The position numbers and the translations under genes are program-made. Below the pieces are notes generated by a model that searched no databases, had not been told where the DNA came from, and was given only the letters and a program-made list of their open reading frames with translations. Shown here one piece after another: positions 26,196-39,827 of a stretch of 64,000 bases of DNA (the stretch's first letter is position 1; every line of letters starts with the position of its first letter). The stretch is from Octopus sinensis (taxonomy: Eukaryota). The DNA lies in assembly GCF_006345805.1 (NCBI RefSeq), contig NC_042999.1, forward strand, positions 159,960,001 through 160,024,000, given 5' to 3'.

Positions 26196-27910
26196 AGATT
26201 ATCCCACTAAGCACCCCAACAATAGACTCCCTATACTTGATACTAAACTTTGGTTAGAGACTGTGAACAATAGAGTGCAGCTACTCCACTCCTATTACAT
26301 GAAACCTATAGCTTCAAAATATGTTGTTCACAAGAACTCAGCTTTATCACACATGAAAATAAACATACGGATAGCAGACTTAGTTAGGATAATGAACAGC
26401 ATGTCCTCATTATTTGAGCCCTATGAAATGAAAAAATATATACAGAACTTCATGCACTGCATGCAATTCTCTGGATATGATCAGAAAGATAGGGTTCGAG
26501 TATACAGGGGTGCTAGAAGGAAATTAGGTAACATTATACATAATGATACAAGTGGTACCTGCCCTAGATATAGAAACAAAGACTGGAATATGATACAAAG
26601 AACTTGTGACAAAGCAAACAGGTCCAACAAATATCAAGGAGTGATGTTTCTAGATGCCACAGCCCATGGAGAACTAGTCCGTAGATTTAGAAAAGCCCTG
26701 AAGGAGACCAAACTCAATTAAGATTGTTGAAAAGCCAGGGAACTCCGTCAGATCACAACTATGCAGGATGTACCCCTTTGAGAATACCATATGCAACAAT
26801 GACAACTGTAGGATTAGCTCTGGCATTAATTGTAAAACTAGAAATGTAGTTTACAGCATTAGATGCTTAAAAGGTGCTTGTAAAAACATGAACATGACAT
26901 ATATAGGGGAGACATCTAGGAGCATTGCAGAAAGACTAAATGAACATTTGAGGCAATATGATGACAAAAGAACAGTCCTCCATACTCTACCAACATACCA
27001 AGGACCAACATAGAGGCAATCTGGGTCAACATGACATCCCCATCTTATCCAAGCACCCAAAAGACCCAACACTCAGACAAATATGGGAGTACGTCCTCAT
27101 AAATGAAACTTCCCCAATACTAAATAGGAAATATACATAGTAGATATCATACCCCCCCCCCTACACACTGTTTACACAGGTTGAATAGAATAGTTAGTGG
27201 ACTGTTTATGAAGATAGATGTATGTGTGTGTATGGGTGTATGTATAAATGTATATGCACATGTATATAAGCATATGGATATGAAAGAAACTAGATCAACA
27301 TACAGACGGACAGGTACATAGGTTATATGAACAGACAAGCACACATACACAAATGGAGACTAAAACACATGACCATATATACACACACACTTTACTTGAA
27401 CAAAGACACATATGGAGACACACGTTCACACAAATGGAGATACACATCCATACATACAAACTCGGTACATAGTTGCAAAACACACACACACAGACATGCA
27501 CACACAAGGAGACAGAGGTAAACGCACACACATATACAAACGCACACACACAGACATGCAAACACATGAATATGCAGAATACATACATACATACATATGC
27601 ACAAATACACACATATGCATATATACATGTGTATGTGCACACACATTGACCCAGACACATGCGCACAAACAGACAAAAAGGAACGCAGTGTGAATAATGG
27701 ACAGTGTGAATAATTATCGAAAAGGCTGCAAGACGCAAGGAAAATTTAAGAAAAATAAAAAGGAAACAAGTGGAAATTTTAGTGGGGTGTGTATTAAATT
27801 ATAAGGCACTAAAAGAGAATGACTCTCCCCAGACACAACAGAATATGCTTCAACACACGAACTCACATAAAGAATCTTGCAAACCAAATCCAAAAATGAA
27901 ATATATAATC
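26196..27910 (+). mobile_element. 5'-truncated Penelope-like element (RT thumb, Cys linker, GIY-YIG endonuclease, CA-rich 3' region)
   Basis: LPILDTKLW, YYMKPIAS, CNNDNC..NCKTRNVVYSIRC..TYIGETSRS..ERLNEH and ILYQH..QH..LN motifs. Confidence 0.88.
27200..27700. repeat. Degenerate CA/TA-rich low-complexity tract (similar tracts at 28000-28180 and 30150-30540)
   Basis: Direct reading. Confidence 0.85.
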
Positions 27911-28265
27911 ATATATATATTTTTTTTTTTAATCTAGTTTCAGCTCACGAGCTGTGGCCATGCTGGGGCACCGCCACTTATATATATATATATATATATA
28001 ATACACACACACACACACACGTATATATGTAATACACATATAGGTATACATATGCATATATATGCACACATACAGACATGTACACATACACATTATATCT
28101 ACATATATACATACATGTATGTAAATATATACCCACAAGCATATGCACACATGCACTTGCATATATATGTGTACACACGCATAAATATACAGTAAAAATA
28201 AGTTCTGTCTCAATCGGTAAAACAAAAGTCTAAAAGCACTGTTTTCATATATATATATACTCTTC

Positions 28266-28667
28266 TACTCTTTTACTTGTTTCAGTCATTTGACTGCAGC
28301 CATGCTGGAGCACCGCCTTTAGTCGAGCAACTCGACCCCGGGACTTATTCTTTGCAAGCCCAGTACTTATTCTATCGGTCTCTTTTTGCCGAACCGCTAA
28401 GTGACGGGGACGTAAAAACACCAGCATCGGTTGTCAAGCAATGCTAGGGGGGGACAAACACAGACACACAAACATACACACACATATATGTATATATACA
28501 TATATACGACAGGTTTCTTTCAGTTTCCGTCTACCAAATCCACTCACAAGGCATTGGTCGGCCCGGGGCTATAGCAGAAGACACTTGCCTAAGATGCCAC
28601 GCAGTGAGACTGAACCCGGAACCATGTGGTTGGTTAGCAAGCTACTTACTACACAGCCACTCCTGCG

Positions 28668-28670
<3 letters not shown>
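28266..28670 (-). mobile_element. SINE family A, full length
   Basis: As above. Confidence 0.92.
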
Positions 28671-28713
<43 letters not shown>

Positions 28714-29654
28714 TCCTAGTTTCAGCTCAGAGCTGCGGCCATGCTGATGCACCGCCGTTTGCATATCTGGAGCCCTTGCCCACTTTCTTCCTCCAGACAC
28801 CTCCACCATATGTCAACTCTCAAAAAGCTTTTCCTTGATATCACTAATCTTTCTCGCTGGCCAGAACCACCATGACACTTGATATCCACCTTTCAGCCTT
28901 TTTTATTTTGATCTCATCCTGAGACACCAGATTATATCTCCGCCTCCACCACCACTGCACATCTCTCACTCCCCCCCCCATGCTCTATGCCTTCGCATGG
29001 ACTGCAACCTATGCAATCACACAGCATTCCTGTCTCACATGTTCATCATTCCTTTGCCTTCTGTATCAATATTACTCTGGCACAGTTCTTCACCCAACAT
29101 GCATAATTGGACACCCCAACTCCCTATCCCTTATCCACCAGCCACTATACCCATCCCCTCAACACCTGTTCTTCATTCATTATATTCACACCAACCTCAC
29201 TCATTTCCCCCCTTCTCTCTCTCTCCCATACAACTAACATCTACCCACCCACATTCCTGGTTCCTCTGACCCCATTCATCTAATACCTTGAGGATCCACC
29301 CACACACTTCATCACCACTATCTTTATCACTTCCCAGCTCCATGTGATAACACAGCCAATATTCTAGAACGACTAATCATGCAGCATCTCTAAAGCAAGG
29401 AAGCTGTTCAACTCAGGCCCCTACCTCCATGCTTTAACCCCTTCATCTCTGAGCACAGAGCTACGTCATTAGGGGATCACAGTTTTGTAAGCTGCATTGT
29501 GACCTCACTAGTGATGACAGCAAAAGGAAAAAGCACCCACTACACACTAGGAAGGGGTTTCAGGTTAGGAAGGAGATCCAGCCAATAGAAACCATGCTGA
29601 TACTTGAACAATATGCAGTCCAGCTGCTCATTAGATCCTATGGAACATATATAT

Positions 29655-29711
<57 letters not shown>

Positions 29712-29719
29712 CATATATA

Positions 29720-29892
29720 TATGAAACAGAAAATGGGACAAGAACGCAAAACATTCAGACAACTAGGTGATACAAATAGGGACAACAAAACATCCAGATA
29801 GACGATACAGGACGGGTCATTCGAAGCTTTCCATCTTCAGTCAAGAACCATTTCATCCTCGCTATTTCGGCTGATACACACACACACACACA

Positions 29893-29948
<56 letters not shown>

Positions 29949-30680
29949 TTCGTTTTTGGATTTGGTTTGCAAGATTCTTTATGTGAGTTCATGTGTTGAA
30001 GCATACACTGTTGTGTCTGGGGAGAGTCATTGTCTTTTAGTGCCTTATAATTTAACACACTCACCGGTAAAATTTCCACTTATTTCTTTTATTTTTCTAA
30101 AATTTTCGTTGTGTCTTTCAACCTTTTCAATAGTCTTGACTGTCCGTTATTTACACTGCGTTCCCTTTTGTTTGTTTGTGCACATGTGTGTGGGTCAATG
30201 GGTCAGTATGTCTGTGTGTGCCTATACATGCATGCATGTACGTATATGTGTGTGTGTGTTTGCATACATGCATACAAACATGGTACAGAGTTACATAACA
30301 CACACACACACACAAGGAGACAGGGGTGCATACATATACAAACACATGCTCACACACACACACAGGAAATACACAAACATGGACAGGCAAGCACATAAAT
30401 ATGCAGGATACGTACATACAGATGCACACACAGACATACATACATATGCATACACACACATATATACGTACATGCATGCATGTATAGGCACACACACACA
30501 CACTGACCCACACACATGCACACAAACAAACAAAAGGGAACACAGTGTAAATAATGGACTATTGAAAAGGTTGCAAGATGCAACGAAAATTTTATAAAAA
30601 AAAAAAAAGAAGTGGGAATTTTACCGGTGAGTGTGTTAAAAGGCACTAAAAGAGAATAACTCCCCCCAGACACAACATAT
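29720..30680. mobile_element. Two further copies of the Penelope 3' (pLTR-like) segment, in inverted orientation to each other
   Basis: About 29945-30290 is the reverse complement of about 27600-27910; about 30440-30680 is a direct copy (aggcactaaaagagaat..ctccccagacacaac shared). Confidence 0.7.
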
Positions 30681-30884
30681 ATATATATATATATACTTGG
30701 AAATGGATGTGTCACAATCAATTAAATAATAAATAGTAAATATATTTCTTTATTGCCCGCAAGGGGCTAAACATAGAGGGGACAAACAAGGACAAACAAA
30801 GGGATTAAGTCGATTACATCGACCCTAGTGCATAACTGGTACTTAATTTATCAACCCCGAAAGGATGAAAGGCAAAGTCAGCAG

Positions 30885-31117
30885 TGCAAATAACATGAAA
30901 TATGTAAAACAAATGAGTTAAATACATAAACAACAAGAAATAAATGGAAAACAGGACAAGTAAATGCAGAGAAAGGACCCTTCATCAGTTGTCAGCTGTC
31001 TATAATGCTCGAAATGGAGAGTAGATTGACAGCCGACAACTAATGAAGGGTCCTTTCTCTGTGATAACGTGTCCTGTTTTCCAATTTTTCTCATTTACGT
31101 ATTTCATGTTATCTGCA
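30885..31117. repeat. Imperfect inverted repeat; inner arms 32/34 identical
   Basis: 30967-31000 versus 31028-31061; outer arms align with an indel. Confidence 0.85.
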
Positions 31118-31146
31118 CGGTTGGTGATGTCCTGTACCCATATATG

Positions 31147-31206
<60 letters not shown>

Positions 31207-31240
31207 TGTGTGAGAGTGTGTGTGTATATATGTGTGTGTG
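31147..31240. repeat. (TG)n microsatellite
   Basis: Direct reading. Confidence 0.95.
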
Positions 31241-31844
31241 TGGTAATGCTTCAACAAGCAGTAGAAAAGCACTTGATTAACTAAAAGAATGAAGATACTC
31301 TTATAATGAAAAACCACAGATCTTGTAAAGACAGCTACCTAGGGTTTCCTGGTCAAAATAATTTATTCCACCATCCCTTATTTCCTTGTGTTCCTATATT
31401 GATAGGTCCAAAAATGTTCAGAGTGTTCTCTTAGAAAACTTTATCTCTAAAAACAACTTGAGAACCTTCAATGAACACATAAATTTGAGGAACATTTTTT
31501 TCTGTTAGTTTCCATTTCAAGAATTACATCTTGTCAGTATTTAGAAGTAGGACACCAGACACTTAGTAAACCGTTAACGACTTGTTTATGTTCGCTTGAC
31601 ATTGAATTATTGTAACATTGGTTATCTCTTTTGTGTTTTTCTTCTTTTCTTCTTTACAAGCGTCTCTTGTTTAAAAGTTATCTGCTCAAAAGACAACGTA
31701 CAAACAGTCTTGTTTTCAAGCTTGATAAAGGGCAGAATAAATTATTTTGACCAGGAAACTATGAGTGGCTGTGTAAACAAGATCTGTGGTTTTTTATGCC
31801 GCAATCAAATAACTGAAACAAGTATATAAATAAATAAATATATG

Positions 31845-32745
31845 TGTAGATGAGATGCAGTTCAGATTTGTGCTAAGCAGGAGCATGACTGATGCTATAT
31901 ATTCCAGGTTAGGCAACTGCAGGAGAAATATCTAGTCTGTACCTGGCTTTTGTCAACATGGGGAAAGCCTTTGACAGAGTTCCCTGTTCCCTTATCTGGT
32001 CAATGTGGAAGCTAAGGATAGATGAGTGATTGGTGAGAGCTATTCAAGCCATGTTCAGGGATGCTGTCAGTCAGGTGAAGGTTAGCAACAAATATAGCAA
32101 TGAATTTAGGGTAGATGTAGGGGTTCACCAAGGATCAGTCCCCTCTTGTTCAATATAGTCCTCCAGACAATAACAGGAATTTAAGATGGGCTGCCCCAGG
32201 AGCTCCTCTATGCTGATGACTTTGTTCTTATAGCCAAATCACTACCAGAACTAGAGAAGAAATTTTAGATAGGGAAGCAAGCTCTAAAATCAAAAGGCCT
32301 TAGAGTTAACCTAGCAAAAACCAGTCTTAGTAAGTAGGAAGGCGGACAAATCACAAATCTCTTCAGGTAGATGGCCCTGCTCGATCTGTAGAAAAGGCAT
32401 AGGTAGAAACACCATAAGATATACCCAGTGTAAGCTATGGACACATAAGTGCAGCAATATCAAAAGAAGGTTAACTAGGAAGACAGTTTTGGTGAGTGGT
32501 AGATGTACAGGTGCAATAAACACCCAAGATGTACAGGAAACAGATTCCATCATATGCCAGGAGTAAAAACAATAAGTAATTGATAGCTTCCGTTACCTAG
32601 CAGGGGTGGATGCTCTGAGAGCGTAGCTGCTAGGATAAGAATAGCTGGGCAAAGTTCAGAGAGCTCCTACCTCTGCTGGTAACAAAAGGTCTCTCTCTCA
32701 GAGTGAAAGGTAGACTGTATGATGCCTGTGTGCAAACAGTTTAAA
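31845..32745 (+). mobile_element. Degenerate internal RTE fragment (RT and PHD region)
   Basis: Clear nucleotide similarity to 58120-59060, e.g. ctcctctatgctgatgac and aggtagatggccctgctcgatctgtagaaaagg. Confidence 0.9.
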
Positions 32746-32825
32746 AATATTAAAACTGCATGTGAAGATAGTAAGAGTTGAAAAAAAAAATCAGTGAAAA
32801 TGAGGAATAAAAGTCAATTATTTAC

Positions 32826-32949
32826 CAGGTTTATACTCTTTCACATAGTTACTTGGGAACCAGCCAGTTTTACCATTTAGAGTACCTTCCCACCATCCAC
32901 CATCGACTACCTGGGTTACCGTGATAAGATCACCTTTCTGGAAGACCAA
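32826..32949 (-). CDS. ARHGEF7: PIX-family RhoGEF exon: most of the SH3 domain ([41 protein letters not shown])
   Basis: Hand translation. Acceptor ttttgcAG, donor GTaaat, 124 nt, phase 0 to 1. The [19 protein letters not shown] motif matches the beta-PIX SH3 as I recall it. Confidence 0.95.
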
Positions 32950-33173
32950 CTGCAAAAAGAAAACATAAGACATAAGATATATAACACATTAAAAAAAGAA
33001 AAGAGATGCACACAAAGTAACATATACTGAGGACTCCCATGTAGGGGACACAAGGTATTTGTTTCGAGTTTTATTGTTTATATATTTTCATTTTCTTTTT
33101 TTTTTTGTATCATTATCATAAGAACAATTCGTTAATCCTTCATATATGTCAATCTACTCAATACTGCCCTTAA

Positions 33174-33394
33174 CCCTTTAGCATTTAAACCGGCCATATC
33201 CGGCCAAAAGTATTCTGCCTGTTTTATGTTCAAACTAGCCAGATCTGGTCTCTCACACCAATCCTACAATATCATCTTGAAAATGAACAGCTACCTCATC
33301 AAAATTTCAAAGCTACAAGATAATGCCTGATTAGTTCTAGGCAATATGGATGAAAAAGCATTAATTTTGGTAGGATAATGTGAACACTAAAGGG
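33174..33394. mobile_element. piggyBac-like MITE family 2 (TTAA TSD)
   Basis: TTAA|CCCTTTAG...CTAAAGGG|TTAA; near-identical copy at 52897-53117, degenerate reverse copy at about 13756-13965. Confidence 0.85.
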
Positions 33395-34356
33395 TTAATC
33401 TCTTCATATCACCCATCCTAGAACCAAATATATTAAAGTGTTCAAATTAAATTAAAATCTCAGTTATAATTTAACTTTGCTTATCTATATAAACTGCCAG
33501 AAATTTCTCATTATTTATTTGGCTGCACCTTGGCATCTACAGGTTACAAAATAAGGAAGACTGTAGGATGCTTGGGTAGGGGACAAAGGGTTTAGAACTG
33601 CCTAACAATTGGTGAATTCACATCCTAATAAAAAGCCAACTGCATCTCAGCTTCAAACTTGTACTCACTTTCATACAACTCTTTCTACTAGTTTCATAAG
33701 CTGAAATATCTATAATTACCCCCCTTTTTCTCTTTTTCTCTCTCTCTTCCTCCCCTCATGTTCTCCAAATATAATTTCCTTGCTCTTGTAATAGGCTGAT
33801 AACATTAATGTTACACAAGTCACTGGGGATGACGATTTCCTGCAAAAACCAAAAGACTTGCAACTTCCTGTTTTCATATTCTCTATTGCCTTACTAACCA
33901 AAATTGTAAAAAATTTTGCTGTTTCCATAAGAGATAGGTTTTCACTGCCTCGTTCATATTTCTTCAAAACCTCTCATCCTGACACTAATGTAATGCTTTC
34001 TTTTCACTATCACAGCTAAGAAGTGCATCAATATTGTTTTAAATAATACTTCTTCCACCAATGACAACATGATTCAACTAAACTCTCTTGCAATATGGAA
34101 TTCTTTAATTCTTTCATTCCTACATGCAATATGAGCAAACTTTAAATATTTGGATATACATGCTTTTTTTCCAGGTTGCAATGGCAGATCTAAACAGTCG
34201 AGTTTGATCTTGGTCCCATGTCATAATTAAGGCCTTGAGTCTTCAGAATATCACTTCCATTATCATAAGCTTACAATAAAATACAAACATACAAGTTGAA
34301 AATTAATTTCCAAAATCAACCAAATATGATAACAGAACTAGTCTGTTAAAACAGTG

Positions 34357-34570
34357 CACCATCCGATCGTGGCCATTTGCCAGACTCGTCTGGCACGTAA
34401 AAAGCACCCACTACACTCATGGAGTGGTTGGCGTTAGGAAGGGCATCCAGCCGTAGAAACATTGCCAGATCAGACTGGGCCTGGTGCAGCCTTCTGGCTT
34501 CCCAGACCCCAGTTGAACCGTCCAACCCATGCTAACATGGAAAGCGGACGCTAAATGATGATGATGATGA
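34357..34570 (+). mobile_element. 5'-truncated RTE 3' UTR
   Basis: Matches 60340-60534. Confidence 0.88.
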
Positions 34571-35232
34571 ATTCATACAGGTCTATCAGTAAAGCCATTT
34601 TCATAGAATATTGTCTAAAATAGTACCAATTTCACTTAACAGACTAAATGACTAGTGTCAAGAATGACAAATGCCCATAAAAAAAAAATTAGACAAATAG
34701 GCTTAAAGAAAAAAACTTGTTTGATGAATATAGTGTAAAAGCCAGATATTTCAATGCACACAATCATGGAAACACAACTGGAAAATAGAACAAAATACAC
34801 TGTAGATGTTAAATTAAGCTGAGTTATTATTTCTCCAAAACAGGGATTAATAAGTGACTGATAATTAGTTTAGTAAAGGTCATTTATGAAGTACTAAACC
34901 ATTATGGGAAATAGGGAAAGCAGACACAGCTTCTCAGTATGGCAAATGTTATGTTATACACTGCAAAGTGACTGGATTTGATAGCATTCCGCAATCATGT
35001 TGAATTCATCAAGTGGCCACTTTCTCCACCAAATATATTTTGCAATCTTTCTTATCTTTCATGTCCAAAAAAGCAACTTTTGTATCTTGTTTCCTGCCAG
35101 TTTTTGAGTTATAGTTTCTACATGCATCATTTATCACTACTACAAATGATCTCAACAAATCTGAATTTGCCAGCTCAATGTGACTCGCCTTTCATCTTTT
35201 GTCTTTGTGATCCAACTCCCAGACCTCATATG

Positions 35233-35463
35233 TTTCTTTATTACCCACAAGGGGCTAAACATAGAGGGGACAAACAAGGACAGACAAATGGATTAAGTCG
35301 ATTACATCGACCCCGGTGCGCAACTGGTACTTAATTTATCGACCCCGAATGGATGAAAGGCAAAGTCGACCTCGGTGGAATTTGAACTCAGAACGTAACA
35401 CAGACGAAATACGGCTACGCATTTCGCCCGGCGTGCTAACGATTCTGCCAGCTCGCCTGCCTC
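35233..35463 (-). mobile_element. tRNA-derived SINE family B
   Basis: Head ggcgagctggcagaa...gagttcaaattcc; conserved core gcctttcatcc.ttcggggtcgataaattaagtaccag. Partial or degenerate copies at about 11475-11662, 30744-30880, 49990-50110 and 54090-54296. Confidence 0.9.
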
Positions 35464-35980
35464 ACATCAATCATTCAATATCAATGTCCAGACCTCATCT
35501 CAATCATTCAGTATCAATGTCCTTGTCCAAACGTGAATAACACTAATATGAGCAAGAATTTTAACAGATTACTTCTAATATCAAAAATCTTGTGGTTTAG
35601 CTACTTATTTGAATTACATGGTGTATTACCATGGACTCATCTTTGATCTAGAAGGGATTAAACTACATTTTTAATGATAAGCACCTTTTATAACACAGAA
35701 ACACAATACAAGTAAACCTCATTAAATGAAGAAAAGTAATATCAAACTTGTTAATAATGATTTTTCAATACTAGTATGAGGCAGTTTTGAGGCAGAGACA
35801 ATCAATTAAATCCATTCCAGTACTTGACCAAAGTTTTTTTGGTTTTGATTTTTTTTCTGTTGTTTTATTGTTTTTTTTTTTAATATTAAGATTTGAGGTA
35901 TGAAATGTAAATGTTAGAAATTTAGTTTGATGTGCCACTGATTCAGCCATTCACCTCCCAAAATAGCCAATAAATTTCAT

Positions 35981-36204
35981 ACTCTCTCTCTCTTTTACTC
36001 TTTTACTTGTTTCAGTCATTTGACTGTGGCCGTGCTGGAGCACCGCCTTTAGTCGAGCAAATCGACTCCGGGACTTATTCTTTGTAAGCCCAGTACTTAT
36101 TCTATCGGTCTGTTTTGCCGAACCGCTAAGTGACGGGGACGTAAACACACCAGCATCGGTTGTCAAGCAATGCTAGGGGGACAAACACAGACACACAAAC
36201 ACAT

Positions 36205-36247
<43 letters not shown>

Positions 36248-36413
36248 TACGACAGGCTTCTTTCAGTTTCCGTCTACCAAATCCACTCACAAGGCATTGG
36301 TCGGCCTGGGGCAATAGCAGAAGACACTTGCCCAAGATGCTACGCAGTGGGACTGAACCCGGAAGCATGTGGTTGGTTAGCAAGCTACTTACCACACAGC
36401 CACTCCTGCGCCT
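35981..36413 (-). mobile_element. SINE family A, full length
   Basis: As above. Confidence 0.92.
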
Positions 36414-36462
36414 TTACTTTTCTTTCAAAAAACACCTTCTGTTAACAGCTTACCACATTCTG

Positions 36463-36498
<36 letters not shown>

Positions 36499-37274
36499 CC
36501 AAATATCAAAACCAGATTCACTCCAATCTGTACTGTTATATTGTTCAAAAATATTGATTAACCAATAATGTTGGAGTTAACTCCCCTGGTTGATGCTTTT
36601 AAACAGCTCTAGAGGGAGATTTTGCCTAGTAATTTCTGGGATAATCTAAGATGATTAAAGTTTCCTGTTCACTATATTATATGTGTGAGACCCTAGTGAA
36701 TTTATATCTAATATGAAGATATTTTCCTCCAGTCAGATCGTTAATCTCCCTTAATGAGCTTTATCAAAAGACAAGCTAAATTTATGCCTACAGTTTGTCA
36801 CTTAGAGTTTATATAGCAAAAGGCTGTTACATAGCTGTTATTACAACTACCATGATTCCAGGCATCAATGTAAGATTATATTCACAGCTGTTTCCAATTT
36901 CAATTATCTCCAAATGTGTTGTAGCAGTATTATTTCTTTCTTCTTTTTTTTTTTTTTGCATACATTTGACAGAAGTTTTGAAAATGTGCTTTGAAGCTAA
37001 CATTTTCCTCTGTATTCAAAGAATCTCAACTTTTACACTTCCATTATTTGTATGAGTAATTCTAAGAATTAATACTTTATATTTTTTTCAGTTACATCCC
37101 TTTACATTCTAAATATGATTCTTGTGTGAATCAACTTTTACCATTTTATTACTAGAGTAATAAAATAGGTACTGGTACAGGTCAATTCTAATATTTCCCG
37201 TACACATTCGTGGGATTTTGCAAAAGTAAAAAGAAAAAACCATTTTCTTTCTATCTATATTATACATGCTTAGG

Positions 37275-37897
37275 TATACATATATATAAATACAATGAAT
37301 TTAACGGTATGCACCAGAGATTGTGTTACTATAGACATGTGATGCATTTGGAGGGTGTCAGTTATGTGAGGAAATGTTGAGTGCACCAGGTAGATGGAAA
37401 CAGAATCAGAGGAAGACCAAGGAAGAGATGGGACAAAGTCGTCAAGATAAATTTCAAGAGGATGAACCTCACAAAGGCGTAACAAATGACTACAAATTAT
37501 GGCAAAGTACTTGTGCTGCAAAGAATCCTCCCAACCCATACAAGCGTAGTAAAAACTGACATAAATATGTGGTGGGGATAAATGTAGAAATATTGTGCCG
37601 GTGGCACATAAAAAGCACCATCCGAACGTGGCCAATGCCAGCGCCGCCTTGACTGGCTTCCGTGCCGGTGGCACGTTAAAAGCACCAACTGATCGTGGTC
37701 AATGCCAGACTCCCCTGGCACGTAAAAAGCACCCACTACACTTGCGGAGTGGTTGGCGTTAGGAAGGGCATCCAGCTGTAGAAACACTGCCAGATCAGAC
37801 TGGAGCCTGGTGCAGCCCCTGGATTCACAGACCCAAGTCGAACCGTCCAACTCGTGCTAGCACGGAACACGGGCGTTAAACGATGATGATGATGATG
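37275..37897 (+). mobile_element. Degenerate RTE 3' end (ORF remnant, three UTR units, tail)
   Basis: ggaagaccaaggaagagatggga (GRPRKRW-like), ggcacgtaaaaagcacc units, gatgatgat tail. Confidence 0.8.
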
Positions 37898-39040
37898 TGG
37901 GCCTCTTCCAGCCCAAATGTTTAAATTAAGTCATTACAAACTACAATACTCCTCTCTTCTTTATTCTTTCATTTATCACTAACCCCTTCACCCAACAATA
38001 CACCTCCCTGTTATCTCTTCCCCATCAGACCAGCTGTGTAATGAAGGATGGCCTCATATTGCATCTGTATGCTCCTTTTATCACTGTACTTCTTTATTGC
38101 TAGCTGTCACCGACTTTCTTTCTTCTCTCTTGTATACATCATCTGATACCTCTAACAACCAGTTTTCTCTCAGCTCATTTCTGTTCTGTGCTCAATGCCT
38201 CCTAACATTACTCATCCAGAAGCACATGCTTACTATATTTCCAACCTTTGCACATCCTCTGCTGCATAAATGCCCATGCTTTGCTACCATTCAACAATAC
38301 AACTAGTAACCAGTGTAAGGATGGGAAAAGTGAGAATCTGAAACACTTACAACCCTTGCTGATCAGGAGTTAACAGAAGCTGTCAACTACTAACAGTCTA
38401 GACTTATGAAGAAATAGACTGTCTGGGTGGTTTTAGTACTAACTATTCAGTTCTTCTCTGCCAGATTGTTTATGATGCCCCTGCAGCTCTTGTGCACCAA
38501 TAGTTTACTGGGTACATCTAAATGTGGCAAGAATAAATAGATATATAAATCAATAGTGATTAGTAAAAGGGTTAACCCTCTTACTTTAAATCAATATGAT
38601 TTGTGGTGGGGTTAAAACAATTTACCAAGGAAATAATGGGTGGAAGACATCCATATTTCAAGAGCGATATGGAAAGTATTTTATACAAGAGGTGAGGTCT
38701 CATTGTTAAAGTGTAGGCCATGCAAATAATTGCAAAATTGTGCTCCTCTTTGAAGGTATTTCAGTCTCTCTCAAATCTAAATGTTTTGTGAAAAATAACA
38801 CTTTTAATATTTGCTTTCCCCTAAATTGTACAATTCTTATTCAATCTTGATATTAAAAAAAAAAGCTAAATACAGGTCATAGTTTAAGCAGAGTCTGTTA
38901 CTGAATGTTCATGCTGATAAGCTTCTAAAAGCTTGTCTGAAAAAGTTGATCTGAAACGATCCACTTTAAAATAATGCATGACATAATTTTTGGTAACTCC
39001 TTATGTTTGCACAGGCATCATGATGAGAATGAAGAATTTG

Positions 39041-39359
39041 GAGTTGGCACAAACGTTAGCACGCAGGGCGAAATACTTAACGGTATTTCTGAGTTCAAAT
39101 TCCTCCTTGGTTAACTTCACCTCTCCGAAGGTGGTGAGCTGGCAGAAATGTTAGCACGCCGGGTGAAATGCTTAGTGGTATTTCGTCTGCCGCTACGTTC
39201 TGAGTTCAAATTCCGCCGAGGTTGACTTTGCCTTTCATCCTTTCGGGGTCGATAAATTAAGTACCAGTTACGCACTGGGGTCAATGGAATCGACTTAATG
39301 CCTTTGTCTGTCCTTGTTTGTCCCCTCTATGTTTAGCCCCTTGTGGGCAATAAAGAAAT
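39041..39359 (+). mobile_element. SINE family B, partial head plus full monomer
   Basis: Two heads in tandem, flanked by aagaatttg (39032-39040 and 39360-39368). Confidence 0.85.
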
Positions 39360-39466
39360 AAGAATTTGAAGGTTTTCATGTGTAAAAAGAAAACAAAATA
39401 ATTTCAGATTTGTCAACAATAAGCCACAAGTATGTGGACCTAAGAACAAGCTATAAATGTCCAATA

Positions 39467-39827
39467 TCTATATATATATAAAGCTGAAGTTGTCTGTGTA
39501 TGGCAGGTTTGGTAGCCTTCAACTAACACTATCTCCTCTGAGACCCTGTGGCACAAGTTAACCAAAATTGAAAGTATGACAGAAGAAAAAATCGGACCAT
39601 ATTAAGAACAAAAGTTATTTACATCAAAAAGGTGCTTATTTTTCTATGAAAATCCCTATTTTTTACGATTTTTTGACTGATGTATCGCCATTTTTCGGTG
39701 TATTTCAACCAGAAAATGCTGACTTAAAGAGAATAACAAAGCTACATAATGCAAAAGTTTTACTTTTCAAAAATTCCAATTCTAAAGGGTCGAAACAAAC
39801 CTGAGCAACGCTGGGCGATACTGCTAG
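39467..39827 (+). mobile_element. Non-autonomous Helitron
   Basis: A|TC start, CTAG|T end, imperfect GC-rich hairpin about 10 nt before the 3' end, no TSD. Confidence 0.75.

Noticed and set aside
28760-29480. Pyrimidine/C-rich tract as a decayed Penelope endonuclease region
   Set aside because: Only faint motif echoes; cannot be supported without a profile search.
30967-31075. Hammerhead ribozyme from CTGATGA in the inverted repeat
   Set aside because: No properly placed GAAA, stem II or stem III in either arm.
38349-38378. Micro-exon candidates near strong minus-strand donors (about 38349 and about 33669)
   Set aside because: Phase or sequence incompatible with the expected SH3 N-terminus.
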